From contig JAPYRK010000002.1 in assembly GCA_029941115.1 (NCBI GenBank), positions 37,298-101,297 on the forward strand: a DNA stretch of 64,000 bases, given 5' to 3'. Shown here in pieces: positions 19,741 to 30,181 of the stretch. A model generated the notes under the pieces. That model saw only the letters and a program-made list of their open reading frames with translations, ran no database searches and was not told where the DNA came from. Position numbers and translations under genes: made by a program. How positions within the stretch are numbered: position 1 is the first letter of the stretch; each line of letters begins with the position of its first letter. This DNA comes from Dehalococcoidia bacterium. GTDB taxonomy: Bacteria > Chloroflexota > Dehalococcoidia > UBA2979.

Positions 19741-21012
19741 TTAAACCATATCTCTTAAAACCAAAACCGAATTTTGCCCCCCGAACCCGAATGAATTATT
19801 AATAACAATGCTCGACTCCATATCACGTGCTTGATGAGGCACATAATCTAAATCGCACTCCCGATCCGGATTCTCAAGGTTAATAGTTGGCGGAACGATA
19901 GAGTGCCTGAGGCCTTCTATTAAAGCGATAGTCTCCACGGCCCCACTAGCCGCCAACATATGGCCCGTCATAGATTTAGCTGCGTAGACTGGTATATCCG
20001 TCACATGTTCATGAAATACCGAGTGTAATGCCCGAGTCTCCGCAATATCTCCGACGCCCGTGGATGTCGCGTGTGCCGAAATTACATCAATATCTTGAGG
20101 ATTTATTCTCGCACTCTCCAACGCCAACCCAATAGCTCTGGCTGCTCCCGTCCCGTTCTCAGCTGGCGCCACCAAAAAACTTGCGTCAGATGAGCACCCA
20201 AATCCGATTATTTCCGCTAGTGGCTCTGCTCCCCGTTGTCGTGCGTGAGCAAGAGACTCAAGAACAAGAATGGCAGCTCCCTCTGCAGGTACAAATCCAG
20301 ATCGGTCCTTATCGAATGGTCTTGATCCTTTGGTTGGATTATCATTAAAACCCAATGACACAGCCTTCATAGCTGAAAATCCCGCCAAGCCAAGCTGGCT
20401 AATTCCTGCCTCCGCGCCTCCCGCAAGCATCACGTCGCATGAGCCACGCTTAATTATTTCAAAAGCCTCCCCCAAAGCTTGAGTGCCCGCCGCGCAGGCT
20501 GTAACCAGCGTGCCATTGTACCCAAGTAATCCAAATTCAATCGCGATATTGGCTCCAGCCATGTTGCCTAAACGTTTAGAAATATAAAAAGGATCAACTC
20601 GGCCGGGGCCCTTAGAATGAATTGTCTCCATAGACCTCTGATCCTCGTCGATGCCACCACCGCCATTACCTATTATTACCCCGATCCTTTGTCGACTGGT
20701 TTCATCCATCTGAGATGTTTCAAGGCCAGCCTGCTCTAATGCCATGCGGCTGGCGCCTATCGCAATTTGCGAAAATCGAGCGATTCGTCTTCCAGTTTTT
20801 TTGTCCATGTATTTTGAATAATCAAAGTCTTTAATTTCGCCAGCTATTTGGCATTCATACCCCGAGGGATCGATCAAAGTCATCCTAGAGATACCTGACT
20901 GGCCAGAAATCAACGCTTCCCAAAATGATTCAACGTTGTTTCCCAACGGATTGAGTGTTCCCATTCCCGTCACAACTACACGCCCTGAATCATTATTACT
21001 GACCATACTCAT
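19741..21012 (-). CDS. fabF: Beta-ketoacyl-ACP synthase II, paralogue 1
   Basis: RVVVTG, TACAAG (Cys), SAHATST (His), KSMTGH (His) and NSFGFGGQN. Confidence 0.93.
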   Translation of the reverse strand: MSMVSNNDSGRVVVTGMGTLNPLGNNVESFWEALISGQSGISRMTLIDPSGYECQIAGEIKDFDYSKYMDKKTGRRIARFSQIAIGASRMALEQAGLETSQMDETSRQRIGVIIGNGGGGIDEDQRSMETIHSKGPGRVDPFYISKRLGNMAGANIAIEFGLLGYNGTLVTACAAGTQALGEAFEIIKRGSCDVMLAGGAEAGISQLGLAGFSAMKAVSLGFNDNPTKGSRPFDKDRSGFVPAEGAAILVLESLAHARQRGAEPLAEIIGFGCSSDASFLVAPAENGTGAARAIGLALESARINPQDIDVISAHATSTGVGDIAETRALHSVFHEHVTDIPVYAAKSMTGHMLAASGAVETIALIEGLRHSIVPPTINLENPDRECDLDYVPHQARDMESSIVINNSFGFGGQNSVLVLRDMV

Positions 21013-21034
21013 AACTGCCTTCTTTTATTTAGAC

Positions 21035-21841
21035 TCACGCTTCATTATTTATATTGAGGAATTTCATGGCATTCTCACTTGTGAATTTTTTGATAAAAGC
21101 TTTGTCTGAAAGATTTGCTTTCACATCTCTAAGGTCCTTCAGCTGCGAGCGAAGAGGAAAGTCAGACCCCCAGCAAACAGAAGAATCGCCTATTATGGCC
21201 GGTATCAATTTATAAATATCTGGTGTGTACAAATATTGGCTTGCCGCTGAATCAAAAATAACTCGACCCGACGCTATCAGTGTCCGTACTTCCGGCATGA
21301 ACCCATAAAAAGGTAGACCGCCACCCCAGTGCGCGGCAATAACCCGCAGATTCGGATTGTTTATCAACAGAAGCCATAGCTCCCTTAATGATAAGCCGCC
21401 ACTCTTTCCCGGATACTCATGACCCACTTCCTCACTGACGTGAACCAGCACTACACCTTGAAGATCGGTCACTGAACCTAGATCAGTCCGTTGATTTTTT
21501 CGAAGTTCTCCAACACCGATAGTGAAATGGGGTGGATCGCTTGTTTGCATTGGTACGAACGGAATAATTCTCGAACCCAATGACTCCTGAGATTTCTCTC
21601 CAACCTCAGTCAAGTAATCAGTATGTTCTTGTGCCAGGGTGGCATCTGACCACCAAAACCCACACGCAACCGAAATATCCACCCCTGCGGTTGACATTGA
21701 ATCAAGCAAATCTTCAGCTGTTGCCATCTTGGCATTTGGATCAGCATAAATTTCGGCGAATTGCTTTTCCGTCTTCATAAGAGTCTTCCTCGCTTTAATA
21801 AAGCTTGGCGGAAAAATATGAGTATGTATGTCTATCAGCAT
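21035..21841 (-). CDS. Amidohydrolase_2 family metal-dependent hydrolase
   Basis: IDIHTH, GEL, LVH, AAHWGGG and WGSDFP. Confidence 0.85.
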   Translation of the reverse strand: MLIDIHTHIFPPSFIKARKTLMKTEKQFAEIYADPNAKMATAEDLLDSMSTAGVDISVACGFWWSDATLAQEHTDYLTEVGEKSQESLGSRIIPFVPMQTSDPPHFTIGVGELRKNQRTDLGSVTDLQGVVLVHVSEEVGHEYPGKSGGLSLRELWLLLINNPNLRVIAAHWGGGLPFYGFMPEVRTLIASGRVIFDSAASQYLYTPDIYKLIPAIIGDSSVCWGSDFPLRSQLKDLRDVKANLSDKAFIKKFTSENAMKFLNINNEA

Positions 21842-21927
21842 AGATCTACCTTACCCCCTCGACGGAAACGCTATTTATATCTTAGGATCTAACTAGGCGG
21901 GGTGCACGAGAGATCAGGTTCTGCACC

Positions 21928-22638
21928 ATGACAACACATGAAATAGCCGAAGTCGAGCAACCCGCTCTAGACTTCAAAGAAATCGCGACTAATAAACAGC
22001 GTACGCTTGTGCAGGCCATAGAGGCTATCTTGTTTGTTGCAAACGAACCTGTTGAAATAAGATCTCTTGCTCAAGCTCTTGAGAAGTCTCCAAAAACGGT
22101 GGCACTTTCAATAGAGCTACTCACAAAAGATCTTCGTAACTCCGCTCGAGGGATCCGCGTACAAAGTGGTCCGGATGGAATAACTCTGGTATCCGCGCCC
22201 GAGCAATCAAATCACATTGAACATTTTATGGGCTTAGCTGCGCATCGAAAGCTATCGAGGTCCGCGCTTGAAACCTTGTCAATTATTGCGTATCGCCAAC
22301 CCACAACCAGAGGTCAAATCGATGAAATCAGAGGTGTAGGATCAGATTCAGCTCTTGCAACATTGCGCCTCCGAGGTCTAGTTGAGCCAGCTGGTCGAGC
22401 GAGTGGGCCCGGAAGACCTCTTCTGTTTAAAACCACTCAAAAATTTTTGTCACACTTTGGCCTTGAAAAAGCAACAGATATGCCAAATTTACCTGACTTT
22501 ATTGAAATACCAATTTCAGAAATTGCGGAGCAATTGGGAATGGACGAATCGATAATTGGAAAGGTTATAGACGCCACTGAGGGATCGCTAACAGATCAGT
22601 CCCGGTCTAAATACGGGGAAGCGGCTGGCGGCGCTTAA
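21928..22638 (+). CDS. scpB: SMC-Scp complex subunit ScpB
   Basis: IEAILFV, LSRSALETLSIIAYRQP.TR..I..IRGV, GRP and FLSHFGL. Confidence 0.93.
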   Translation: MTTHEIAEVEQPALDFKEIATNKQRTLVQAIEAILFVANEPVEIRSLAQALEKSPKTVALSIELLTKDLRNSARGIRVQSGPDGITLVSAPEQSNHIEHFMGLAAHRKLSRSALETLSIIAYRQPTTRGQIDEIRGVGSDSALATLRLRGLVEPAGRASGPGRPLLFKTTQKFLSHFGLEKATDMPNLPDFIEIPISEIAEQLGMDESIIGKVIDATEGSLTDQSRSKYGEAAGGA

Positions 22639-22696
22639 ACCCCACCAACTCGCAAAACATCGCAATCGTATAAATCAAAAAAAGTCAGTTACATCA

Positions 22697-23980
22697 CTAC
22701 GACACGGACGAGATTGACTTTTGATCTCTATCTAAAGCGTTTACAAGAATTGACATGTTCCCTGGGGCATGCCGATTCTCCATCATTGCTTGATGTGCCT
22801 CACCTATTTGACCAAACTGATACACATCCGATAAAACTGGATCTACCAAACCGGAAATAACCATCTCATTTAGATCTGAACATTCTTCAGTCGTCGCGAA
22901 ATGTGATCCTTGCAACCGCTTCTGACGCATCCAAAGATAGCGCAAGTCTACGTCAGCGTTATACCCTGTCGTACCGGCACAGATAACAACCATCCCACCG
23001 TTGTCACACAGGAACACGGACGTAGGAATCGTTCCTTCACCAGGATGCTCAAATACAATCTTCGGCGATCTCCTGTCGCCCAATGCCTCCCAAAATTTCT
23101 TCCCGAACGCACGAACCCCTTGCATCCATTTTCCAAATGCTTCAGCATCATCAACATCTGGTAAACGACCCCAATGGGTAAACTCTGGATCTTTTCTGTT
23201 AATAACACCATGCGCGCCCAGCTTGTAACACATATCGTACTTGCTCTCATCTGATACAACTGCTATCGGGATTCCGCCTTTGGCCTTGACGATTTGTAAC
23301 GCCATTACTCCTAATCCACCAGTCGCTCCCCACACCAACACTGGATCACCTTCATTAACGACGTGTGGCTCCCAAGAGAGCAACTGCCGATACGCAGTTG
23401 CGCCAACTAACATGTATGCGCTTGCCGCCGCCCAAGTGTGCTGAGGGGGCTTTGGAAAACACTGATAGTGATCGACCAATGCGAACTGGGCAAAAGACCC
23501 ATAATTCTGTTCGTAGCCCCATATTTTAAAAGTTGGTGAAAATGCCGGATTTCCACCCGATACGATATCGGGGTCGTTTTCATCCCAGCTACCACATGAC
23601 AAGACAACTTCATCACCGACCTTCACAGATGAAACTGAATCACCGACCGCCCAAACAATTCCAGACGCATCTGAACCACCAATATGAAAATCTTCTTCAG
23701 CCCCTTGCTTCTTTCGTGCACCGATTACATCTACCGGAGTTCCCAAAGCCGCCCACACATTGTTGTAGTTGACGCCAGCAGCCATGACCCAGACAAGAAC
23801 CTGATTAGATTCTGGTGAAGGGACATCTACAACCTCCACTTCAAATGCGTCAGAAGGATCTCCAAACCGGTCTGGTCTTATCAATGACGCGTACATCTGC
23901 TTCGGTACATGACCTAATGGAGGTGTTTCACCAAGCTCGTATAAATCCTTAGTTTCAGTCATCATTCCTCCAAGACTCAT
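22697..23980 (-). CDS. ccr: Crotonyl-CoA carboxylase/reductase
   Basis: [44 protein letters not shown] and [15 protein letters not shown]. Confidence 0.93.
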   Translation of the reverse strand: MSLGGMMTETKDLYELGETPPLGHVPKQMYASLIRPDRFGDPSDAFEVEVVDVPSPESNQVLVWVMAAGVNYNNVWAALGTPVDVIGARKKQGAEEDFHIGGSDASGIVWAVGDSVSSVKVGDEVVLSCGSWDENDPDIVSGGNPAFSPTFKIWGYEQNYGSFAQFALVDHYQCFPKPPQHTWAAASAYMLVGATAYRQLLSWEPHVVNEGDPVLVWGATGGLGVMALQIVKAKGGIPIAVVSDESKYDMCYKLGAHGVINRKDPEFTHWGRLPDVDDAEAFGKWMQGVRAFGKKFWEALGDRRSPKIVFEHPGEGTIPTSVFLCDNGGMVVICAGTTGYNADVDLRYLWMRQKRLQGSHFATTEECSDLNEMVISGLVDPVLSDVYQFGQIGEAHQAMMENRHAPGNMSILVNALDRDQKSISSVS

Positions 23981-24017
23981 CGATTCGAAATAAATCTTTT
24001 ATCTCCTAGTTTATTTT

Positions 24018-26342
24018 TTATAACTGTACAGCACGATAAACGGCCTCGCGCACAGGCGCTAGATCTAAGTCGGATTCCAATTTATTCTCAAGTTTAGACA
24101 GATAAAAAATATCAACTACCTGGTTACCAATCGTGTCCACTTTTGCGAGATGAATGTTGAGCTCGAGACCTGACAAAGCTTTAGTTATTTGATACAGAAG
24201 AGTTGGCCGATCCCTAACGCTCACCTCCAGAATTGTATATTGCTCTGAACTGGAGTTATCGAAGTCTATATTCACCTGCAACTCATCGAAGTAAGTGTTT
24301 TGGTACCTAGCCAAAACTTCGTCCACCCGTTGCTCAATGTTAGTAACCATCCCAGCATCTCGTGGAAATTCGTCAAATAATCGATCCCAACGAGTGTGGT
24401 CAATTTCATAACCGAGTGCATCAGATACGTGCCATACCTGAATTGCCAGGCCATCGTCACGCGTGTGTGCAACTCCAGAAAGGACACTCATATTAAAACC
24501 GGCCAATAGGCCAGCGATATCACGGAGTAGACCGGTTCTATCCCGAGAGACAATACTAAACTCATATACATCGCCCAAGGATTCGTACTTCAGTGATACT
24601 TGTCCGGCGGAACTAAACAAGTCATTAATCTGAATGATGTGTTGCGCAATTAATTCAGATCTAGTTCCAAATAAATAACTCTCATCCACCAAATTTATAT
24701 GGCTCTCGATAGTGGCAGAATCGTAAAAATTAGCTAGATAGGTCTTTACCTGAAGTAATCGTTCCGCAAGTTGTGAAGAACCATCAATTTCGAAATATGC
24801 CACGACTCGCTTGTAAAGAGCTGAAATCAGTTGAGCTCTCCATTGATTCCATGCCTTTCCACCCGTGGCACGAGCATCAGCCGCAGTGACTAAATAAACT
24901 AATTGCAGCGTTGGAAGATCGACAAGTTGGCTCGCCACATCAGCAACCACTGACTCATCTGAAATATCTCTACGAGTCGCGGTCTCAGGCAAAAGGAGAT
25001 GGTGTCGAACGGCTCTCACTATTCGATCACTCGCCGCAGCAGGAATCTTAAATCGCTTGCATATCGTTTCCGCAAACTCAGCTCCCAAAGGACTGTGTGT
25101 TGAACCTCTACCTTTGCCTATGTCATGCAGAAGAGACGCTATAAGAAATTCGTATGAATTTTCTTGCTTGTTGTATATATCCTGAAGAGACTTATCAAAC
25201 TCGTCTCCGTTCTCAATAATCCAATATGCCTCTAAAACCGCTCTAGCGTTATGTACGTCAATTGGATGTGTATGAAAAGAAACTCTGTGCGGCCTCGCAC
25301 GCAAAGGTTCCCACTCTGGCAGTAACTCTGCCAAGTGGTCGTCTGTTGGAAGTGGCTCCAAATCACCTTTATCCATCCGCCGTTTCATTCGATCTATTCC
25401 TCCCAAAAACACATCAAGACTAGGCTCTTGTCCAATCACAAACCCATCCTTCGAACCTAATTCAGTAACAGTCGTTTTGACTCTTAATAAATTAGAAAGG
25501 TATAAATCGACATCTCGCATAGCAGAAAATAAATGCCGTTGCCACTGAACAATATCGACTTGTAACCAATCACTGACTCGCGGTGCTATATCAGGATGAA
25601 GTAAATTAACTGTCCTTGACGAACTACGGTGCTGAGCGTGAAGGGCATTTCGAGTAGCCAAAAGAACTTCGCGAGCATTGCTAAGGGTCGTTAAATGATG
25701 GCTGTCTACCTGCAACTCAGGATTAATATAGTTCTGAATTGAATGAATCCAGTTTATTGAACTAAGAGTCCGCAGGCCCCCTCGGCCAGACTTAATATCG
25801 ATCGCTAAAGTTTGCCAGGGTTCACTGTCGCGTTGAATTTTATACCGCCTGTTCAACTCATCAATAAAAGCTTGTCCATGGACACGCATTATGCGCGATC
25901 TTTCATGAAGGAAAGATTGCCAAAGGTCTTCTGAGCCAGCGATAAATCTTGCATCAACTAGAGAGGTAGCTGTTTCTACGCTCTCTAACGATTGATGCTC
26001 CAAATCCTCAATTTCCCGTACTGAATATCCGAGCTTAAAATTAGCGTCCCACAAAGGATATAAAACTTTTGCCGCAGACTCGGTTGAATCTTTATGGGCC
26101 AAAATCATCAAGTCAATATCGGAAAAACGCGTCTCCTCAAATCGGGCGTTGCTTCCGTGCGCGATTAGGGCAAAAGTCTTTCTATTTGTCTCAGCTTCGG
26201 CTTCATCCACCACTGCCCTCAGGGCCTCATCTAAATATCGAGTAAGTTTGTCTGAGGCTTTGAGACCCGCTAGGTCTACAGATGTTGGTGAGTTTTCGTT
26301 TCTCAAATTTTGAAACTTTGCGAGTAATTCGCTGGAATGCAT
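24018..26342 (-). CDS. glnD: PII uridylyl/adenylyl-transferase and removing enzyme
   Basis: NTase SDIDL, DIKSGRGGLR, HD domain LLHDIGKG, ATRRD, two ACT domains (DRTGLL, DRPTLL); follows amtB-glnK. Confidence 0.85.
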   Translation of the reverse strand: MHSSELLAKFQNLRNENSPTSVDLAGLKASDKLTRYLDEALRAVVDEAEAETNRKTFALIAHGSNARFEETRFSDIDLMILAHKDSTESAAKVLYPLWDANFKLGYSVREIEDLEHQSLESVETATSLVDARFIAGSEDLWQSFLHERSRIMRVHGQAFIDELNRRYKIQRDSEPWQTLAIDIKSGRGGLRTLSSINWIHSIQNYINPELQVDSHHLTTLSNAREVLLATRNALHAQHRSSSRTVNLLHPDIAPRVSDWLQVDIVQWQRHLFSAMRDVDLYLSNLLRVKTTVTELGSKDGFVIGQEPSLDVFLGGIDRMKRRMDKGDLEPLPTDDHLAELLPEWEPLRARPHRVSFHTHPIDVHNARAVLEAYWIIENGDEFDKSLQDIYNKQENSYEFLIASLLHDIGKGRGSTHSPLGAEFAETICKRFKIPAAASDRIVRAVRHHLLLPETATRRDISDESVVADVASQLVDLPTLQLVYLVTAADARATGGKAWNQWRAQLISALYKRVVAYFEIDGSSQLAERLLQVKTYLANFYDSATIESHINLVDESYLFGTRSELIAQHIIQINDLFSSAGQVSLKYESLGDVYEFSIVSRDRTGLLRDIAGLLAGFNMSVLSGVAHTRDDGLAIQVWHVSDALGYEIDHTRWDRLFDEFPRDAGMVTNIEQRVDEVLARYQNTYFDELQVNIDFDNSSSEQYTILEVSVRDRPTLLYQITKALSGLELNIHLAKVDTIGNQVVDIFYLSKLENKLESDLDLAPVREAVYRAVQL

Positions 26343-26420
26343 TATGAGCTCAGATCTCTTATAAATCTAAATAGTCAGTGTTAAGTTTAGTAGAAATAAA
26401 GCCGCTTCAGGCCGAGCTGA

Positions 26421-26759
26421 CTAAACTGCATCCTCGCCTCGCTCACCAGTTCTTATTCGTACTACATCCTCTACATCAAGGATTAGTACTTTCCCATCGC
26501 CTATTGACCCAGTATGGACGACTTCCTCAATCATGCTCATCGTCTCCGGCGCCATGATGTCATCAATCAAAATCTCAATACGCACTTTTTGAACTAGATC
26601 AACCTCGTACTCCGCACCACGATAGATCTCTTCGTGTCCAGCTTGCCGGCCAAATCCTTGAGCTTCTACCACGGTGAGACCACTAATCTCAGTGTTCTTA
26701 ACGGCTTCGACTATGTCGTCTACTCGGTAGGGATTGACGTAAGCTAATACAAGTTTCAT
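26421..26759 (-). CDS. glnK: PII nitrogen regulatory protein
   Basis: GFGRQ.GH.EIYRGAEY (Tyr51), GDGK and RIRTGERG; directly behind amtB. Confidence 0.95.
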   Translation of the reverse strand: MKLVLAYVNPYRVDDIVEAVKNTEISGLTVVEAQGFGRQAGHEEIYRGAEYEVDLVQKVRIEILIDDIMAPETMSMIEEVVHTGSIGDGKVLILDVEDVVRIRTGERGEDAV

Positions 26760-26789
26760 TTACATCAATCCCCGCCGAAACAAAAGTAG

Positions 26790-28013
26790 TTATTCCGTCA
26801 GGAGGTATCCTTGCTCATTGTGTAAGCTGATGTCCAGTCCCTGTCGTTCCTCTTCTTCGGTAACCCTTAACCCAATGCACTTATCAATTAATAAAGCAAG
26901 TATAGCCGTCAACGCCCCGGTCCAAACAATGGTGATCACAACCGCTATAACTTGTTTAACTAATTGACTTCCGCCGGCAACGTCACCGACAGCCAAAACC
27001 CCGAGGAGTACGGATCCAATAATTCCGCCTACTAAGTGCACCGCAACCACATCAAGTGAATCATCAAACTTAAATATTGCTTTAAGTCTCAAAGCATAGA
27101 AACATACCACACCAGCCACTGCACCGATAACTAGGGCACCAAGAGGATCTACAAACCCTGCTGCTGGTGTAATCGCTACAAGTCCGGCAACAGCTCCTGA
27201 TGCAAATCCAAGCGTTGTAGCATGGCCTTGTACCATTTTCTCAACAAGCAACCATACGGTTGCAGCCGTTCCTGCAGCAACCTGTGTCGCCATGAATGCG
27301 TCTGCGGCGGCCTGATCAGCAGCTAAGGCAGAGCCCGCATTGAAGCCAAACCAACCAAACCACAGCAAGCCGGCTCCGATTAATGTCAATGGCAGCGAAT
27401 GCGGTCTAATAGCGCTCGTTCCGTAACCAAGTCTTGGTCCGATCATTATTGCTAGCACTAAAGCCGCAACACCGGCATTTATATGCACAACCAGTCCACC
27501 CGCAAAGTCCAGCGCTCCGAGATTCTCTCCAATATATCCACCGCCCCATACTGCCGTCGCGAGTGGCACGTACACCACGATTGACCAAAGAATAATGAAG
27601 AGTGTCCATGCGCCAAACTTCATTCGTTCAGCTACGGCTCCCACAATCAGGGCAGGAGTGATAATTGCAAACATGAGCTGAAACATCATGAACGCGGAAT
27701 TCGGAATTCCCCCCACAATACTCTCAGTACCGGGCAAATCAATTCCACGAAGTCCGAAATAATCCAAATTACCAAGGATCGTCGTACCAGAAATTTCTAA
27801 TGCACTGCCACCAATTAGGTGGCCAAATGCTAACGACCCCCCAATTAGGGTCCAAACAATGGTGATGACTCCCATGGCAATATAATTCTTCAGCAACATT
27901 GCTAAAATATTCTTACCCCGAACCATTCCTCCATAAAAAAGTGCAAGACCAGGTGTCATTAATAACACCAACGCACTACTCGTCAAAATCCAAGCTGTTG
28001 CTCCACTATCCAC
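26790..28013 (-). CDS. amtB: Ammonium transporter
   Basis: MTPGLALFYGG, FQLMFAIIT, DFAGGLVVH, LWFGWFGFNAGS and DDSLDV.AVH (twin His). Confidence 0.97.
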   Translation of the reverse strand: MDSGATAWILTSSALVLLMTPGLALFYGGMVRGKNILAMLLKNYIAMGVITIVWTLIGGSLAFGHLIGGSALEISGTTILGNLDYFGLRGIDLPGTESIVGGIPNSAFMMFQLMFAIITPALIVGAVAERMKFGAWTLFIILWSIVVYVPLATAVWGGGYIGENLGALDFAGGLVVHINAGVAALVLAIMIGPRLGYGTSAIRPHSLPLTLIGAGLLWFGWFGFNAGSALAADQAAADAFMATQVAAGTAATVWLLVEKMVQGHATTLGFASGAVAGLVAITPAAGFVDPLGALVIGAVAGVVCFYALRLKAIFKFDDSLDVVAVHLVGGIIGSVLLGVLAVGDVAGGSQLVKQVIAVVITIVWTGALTAILALLIDKCIGLRVTEEEERQGLDISLHNEQGYLLTE

Positions 28014-28096
28014 TAGTAAAACCCCTCTCTCTTTGAATCAGTCGCAAAATTAACTTACGGCTCATCAATAAGTACTCTCTAAGGATCTATCGAAAT

Positions 28097-28116
28097 TATT
28101 ACAAATATATTACAAA
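28097..28116 (-). promoter_or_regulatory. 9-bp direct repeat with 11-bp period upstream of amtB (candidate OmpR/GlnR-type box)
   Basis: TATTACAAA at 28097-28105 and 28108-28116, i.e. GTAAT-n6-GTAAT on the coding strand. Confidence 0.4.
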
Positions 28117-28202
28117 ATAAAGAAAGTTCAGTGAAATGTATCTTGCGCCTAGGTAACCCTGCCCTTTTGCAGGTCAATGCAAAAACCGGTGCGATAGATT
28201 TA

Positions 28203-29060
28203 TTAATAATTGGAAACGAGTATCTCTTTAATCTTAGATCGACCCATTTTATCTGAATTAATAGATCGTCGAGCCTCGACCTCAGATATTGCATAATCTC
28301 TCAGCGCACCGTCAAATAGCCCACGAATATAATCATGCGCTGAGTTAGAGAGCAAAAATTTGACTGCATGATCACCGAGCCAGTCGCAAACCGATCTCAA
28401 GCGAATCTGCTCAGTCCGGCCAAAGCCGCCTGGGTTATACGAGGTGAACGAAGAAGTTGCCGATAAAGGTTCAAATGGGGGATCAAAATAAACAAAATCA
28501 TTCTTCGATAGATTAGCGAAACATTCCACGTAATCACCGTTAAAAATTTCCGTCCTATTAAGTAAGTGTGAGGCTGTCTTCAGGATTCCCTCGTTTACAA
28601 TTTTTGGATTCTTATATCGACCGTGCGGGACATTAAATTCTCCTTTTCGGTTTACACGATAAAGGCCATTAAAGCATGTCTTATTTAGAAACAGAAATCG
28701 GACTACCCGATCAATTACTGTTTCATATTCAGTCGCGCGTTGTTCATAATAAAAATTTGACCGATCTGTCTCGTCTCGTGATAAATATGCTGACTCGACT
28801 ACTGCCAACTTCTCGAGTAATTCATCTAATTGGTTACGGACCACAACGAAAGAATCCATCAGAATTGTATTCGAATCATTAAGCACGACTCGTTCAGGTG
28901 GTGATTCCCGATCAAGAAGCGCGAATGTAAGCGCAGCTCCCCCACACATTGGCTCATAAAAAGTAGCTATTTCCATTGGTGCACGCATAAGAAGTTCAGG
29001 CAAAAGTTGCGTTTTCCCACCTGCCCATTTCAAAAATGGTCGACCGGCTTTATCTGTCAT
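28203..29060 (-). CDS. Dam/DpnM-family DNA adenine methyltransferase, solitary
   Basis: PFLKWAGGK, EPMCGG, FLNKTCFNGLYRVN..G.FNVP.G, YFDPPF, FTSY and LSNS. Confidence 0.92.
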   Translation of the reverse strand: MTDKAGRPFLKWAGGKTQLLPELLMRAPMEIATFYEPMCGGAALTFALLDRESPPERVVLNDSNTILMDSFVVVRNQLDELLEKLAVVESAYLSRDETDRSNFYYEQRATEYETVIDRVVRFLFLNKTCFNGLYRVNRKGEFNVPHGRYKNPKIVNEGILKTASHLLNRTEIFNGDYVECFANLSKNDFVYFDPPFEPLSATSSFTSYNPGGFGRTEQIRLRSVCDWLGDHAVKFLLSNSAHDYIRGLFDGALRDYAISEVEARRSINSDKMGRSKIKEILVSNY

Positions 29061-29066
29061 GGCTAA

Positions 29067-30134
29067 TCAGAAAGACTGCAAAGGAGAAACTCCGACACTT
29101 GTCGCAGCCTCAGTTATCTGTTTCCAAGTCTCATCATCCACCGGAATACCTAAGCCAAGCCTCTCATTCATCCGTATTCTTTCGGGTTCTCCCGCCGTAA
29201 GAACTTCGGTGAAGTTCTCCGCATAGGGAGGTTCCTTAACAAACTCTAACAATTCCGATACCTCTTGTTTCCAGTCTTCAGGATCAAGGAAATTCGCAAT
29301 GTTGATCGCCATCAACCAAGTACCGTTGGTACCTCGTACCGCCTTTTTGGCTGACCCTGACCCTGATAATATTCCGCCGAGCGCTTCCATAGCCAAGCTG
29401 AGTCCAAAGCCTTTGTACCCGCTGAGTAATCCCCCGAATGGAAGGAGCGCGCCACGCTTCTCGTTGTCTCCTGTCCCATAAAGGTCATTCGGATCCACAG
29501 TCGCCTTACCATCACCGTCTATCAATACACCTTCTGGTACCGTCACTCCTTTGTTAACTGCAACCTTCATCTTGCCCTCAGCCAGTACTGAAGTCGCCAT
29601 ATCGAGTACGAAAGGGGCGTCTACCCTATCCGTGGGCAACGCAAACATGATTGGATTAGTCGCTACTCTTCGGTGGCCACCTCCATATGACGCAACTATC
29701 TGACCGCCGGGCACGTTTACACCAGCCATACCGATCATGTCAGCTCTACAGGCGATTTCGCCGTAGTGACCCAATCGGCCGATATGACCGGTACCTCTGA
29801 CCGTAATTAAACCAATACCACTTGCCGTGGCTTTTTCAATAGCCAGATGCATCCCGTGATGTGCAGCCACCTGGCCAAGATTCATACCCCCATCTGTGAC
29901 CGCTGTAGACGGGGTCTCTTTTATAATTTCAAAAGTCGCTCCCGCTGTAAAGCGCTTTTCCATTAAGCCAGTCACATAACCAAGTGTCCTAATGATGCCG
30001 TGGGAATCATGTCCGCGAAGATTGGCACCAACTAAGTGATCAGAAATTATCTCGGCGTCACCAGCCGGACACCCAGCCGCTTGAAAAATTTTTTGGATGT
30101 ACTCCCTGAGAACTAACGCATTGATTGTAATCAT
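29067..30134 (-). CDS. Ldh_2-family (L-malate/L-lactate/L-sulfolactate-type) NAD(P) oxidoreductase
   Basis: ANLRGHDSHG, HIGRLGHY, TNP, LDMATS and GYKGFGL. Confidence 0.9.
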   Translation of the reverse strand: MITINALVLREYIQKIFQAAGCPAGDAEIISDHLVGANLRGHDSHGIIRTLGYVTGLMEKRFTAGATFEIIKETPSTAVTDGGMNLGQVAAHHGMHLAIEKATASGIGLITVRGTGHIGRLGHYGEIACRADMIGMAGVNVPGGQIVASYGGGHRRVATNPIMFALPTDRVDAPFVLDMATSVLAEGKMKVAVNKGVTVPEGVLIDGDGKATVDPNDLYGTGDNEKRGALLPFGGLLSGYKGFGLSLAMEALGGILSGSGSAKKAVRGTNGTWLMAINIANFLDPEDWKQEVSELLEFVKEPPYAENFTEVLTAGEPERIRMNERLGLGIPVDDETWKQITEAATSVGVSPLQSF

Positions 30135-30181
30135 CTAAAAAATCTCCCTTGATTCCACATTCGTTTCTCAAATCTAAATTC

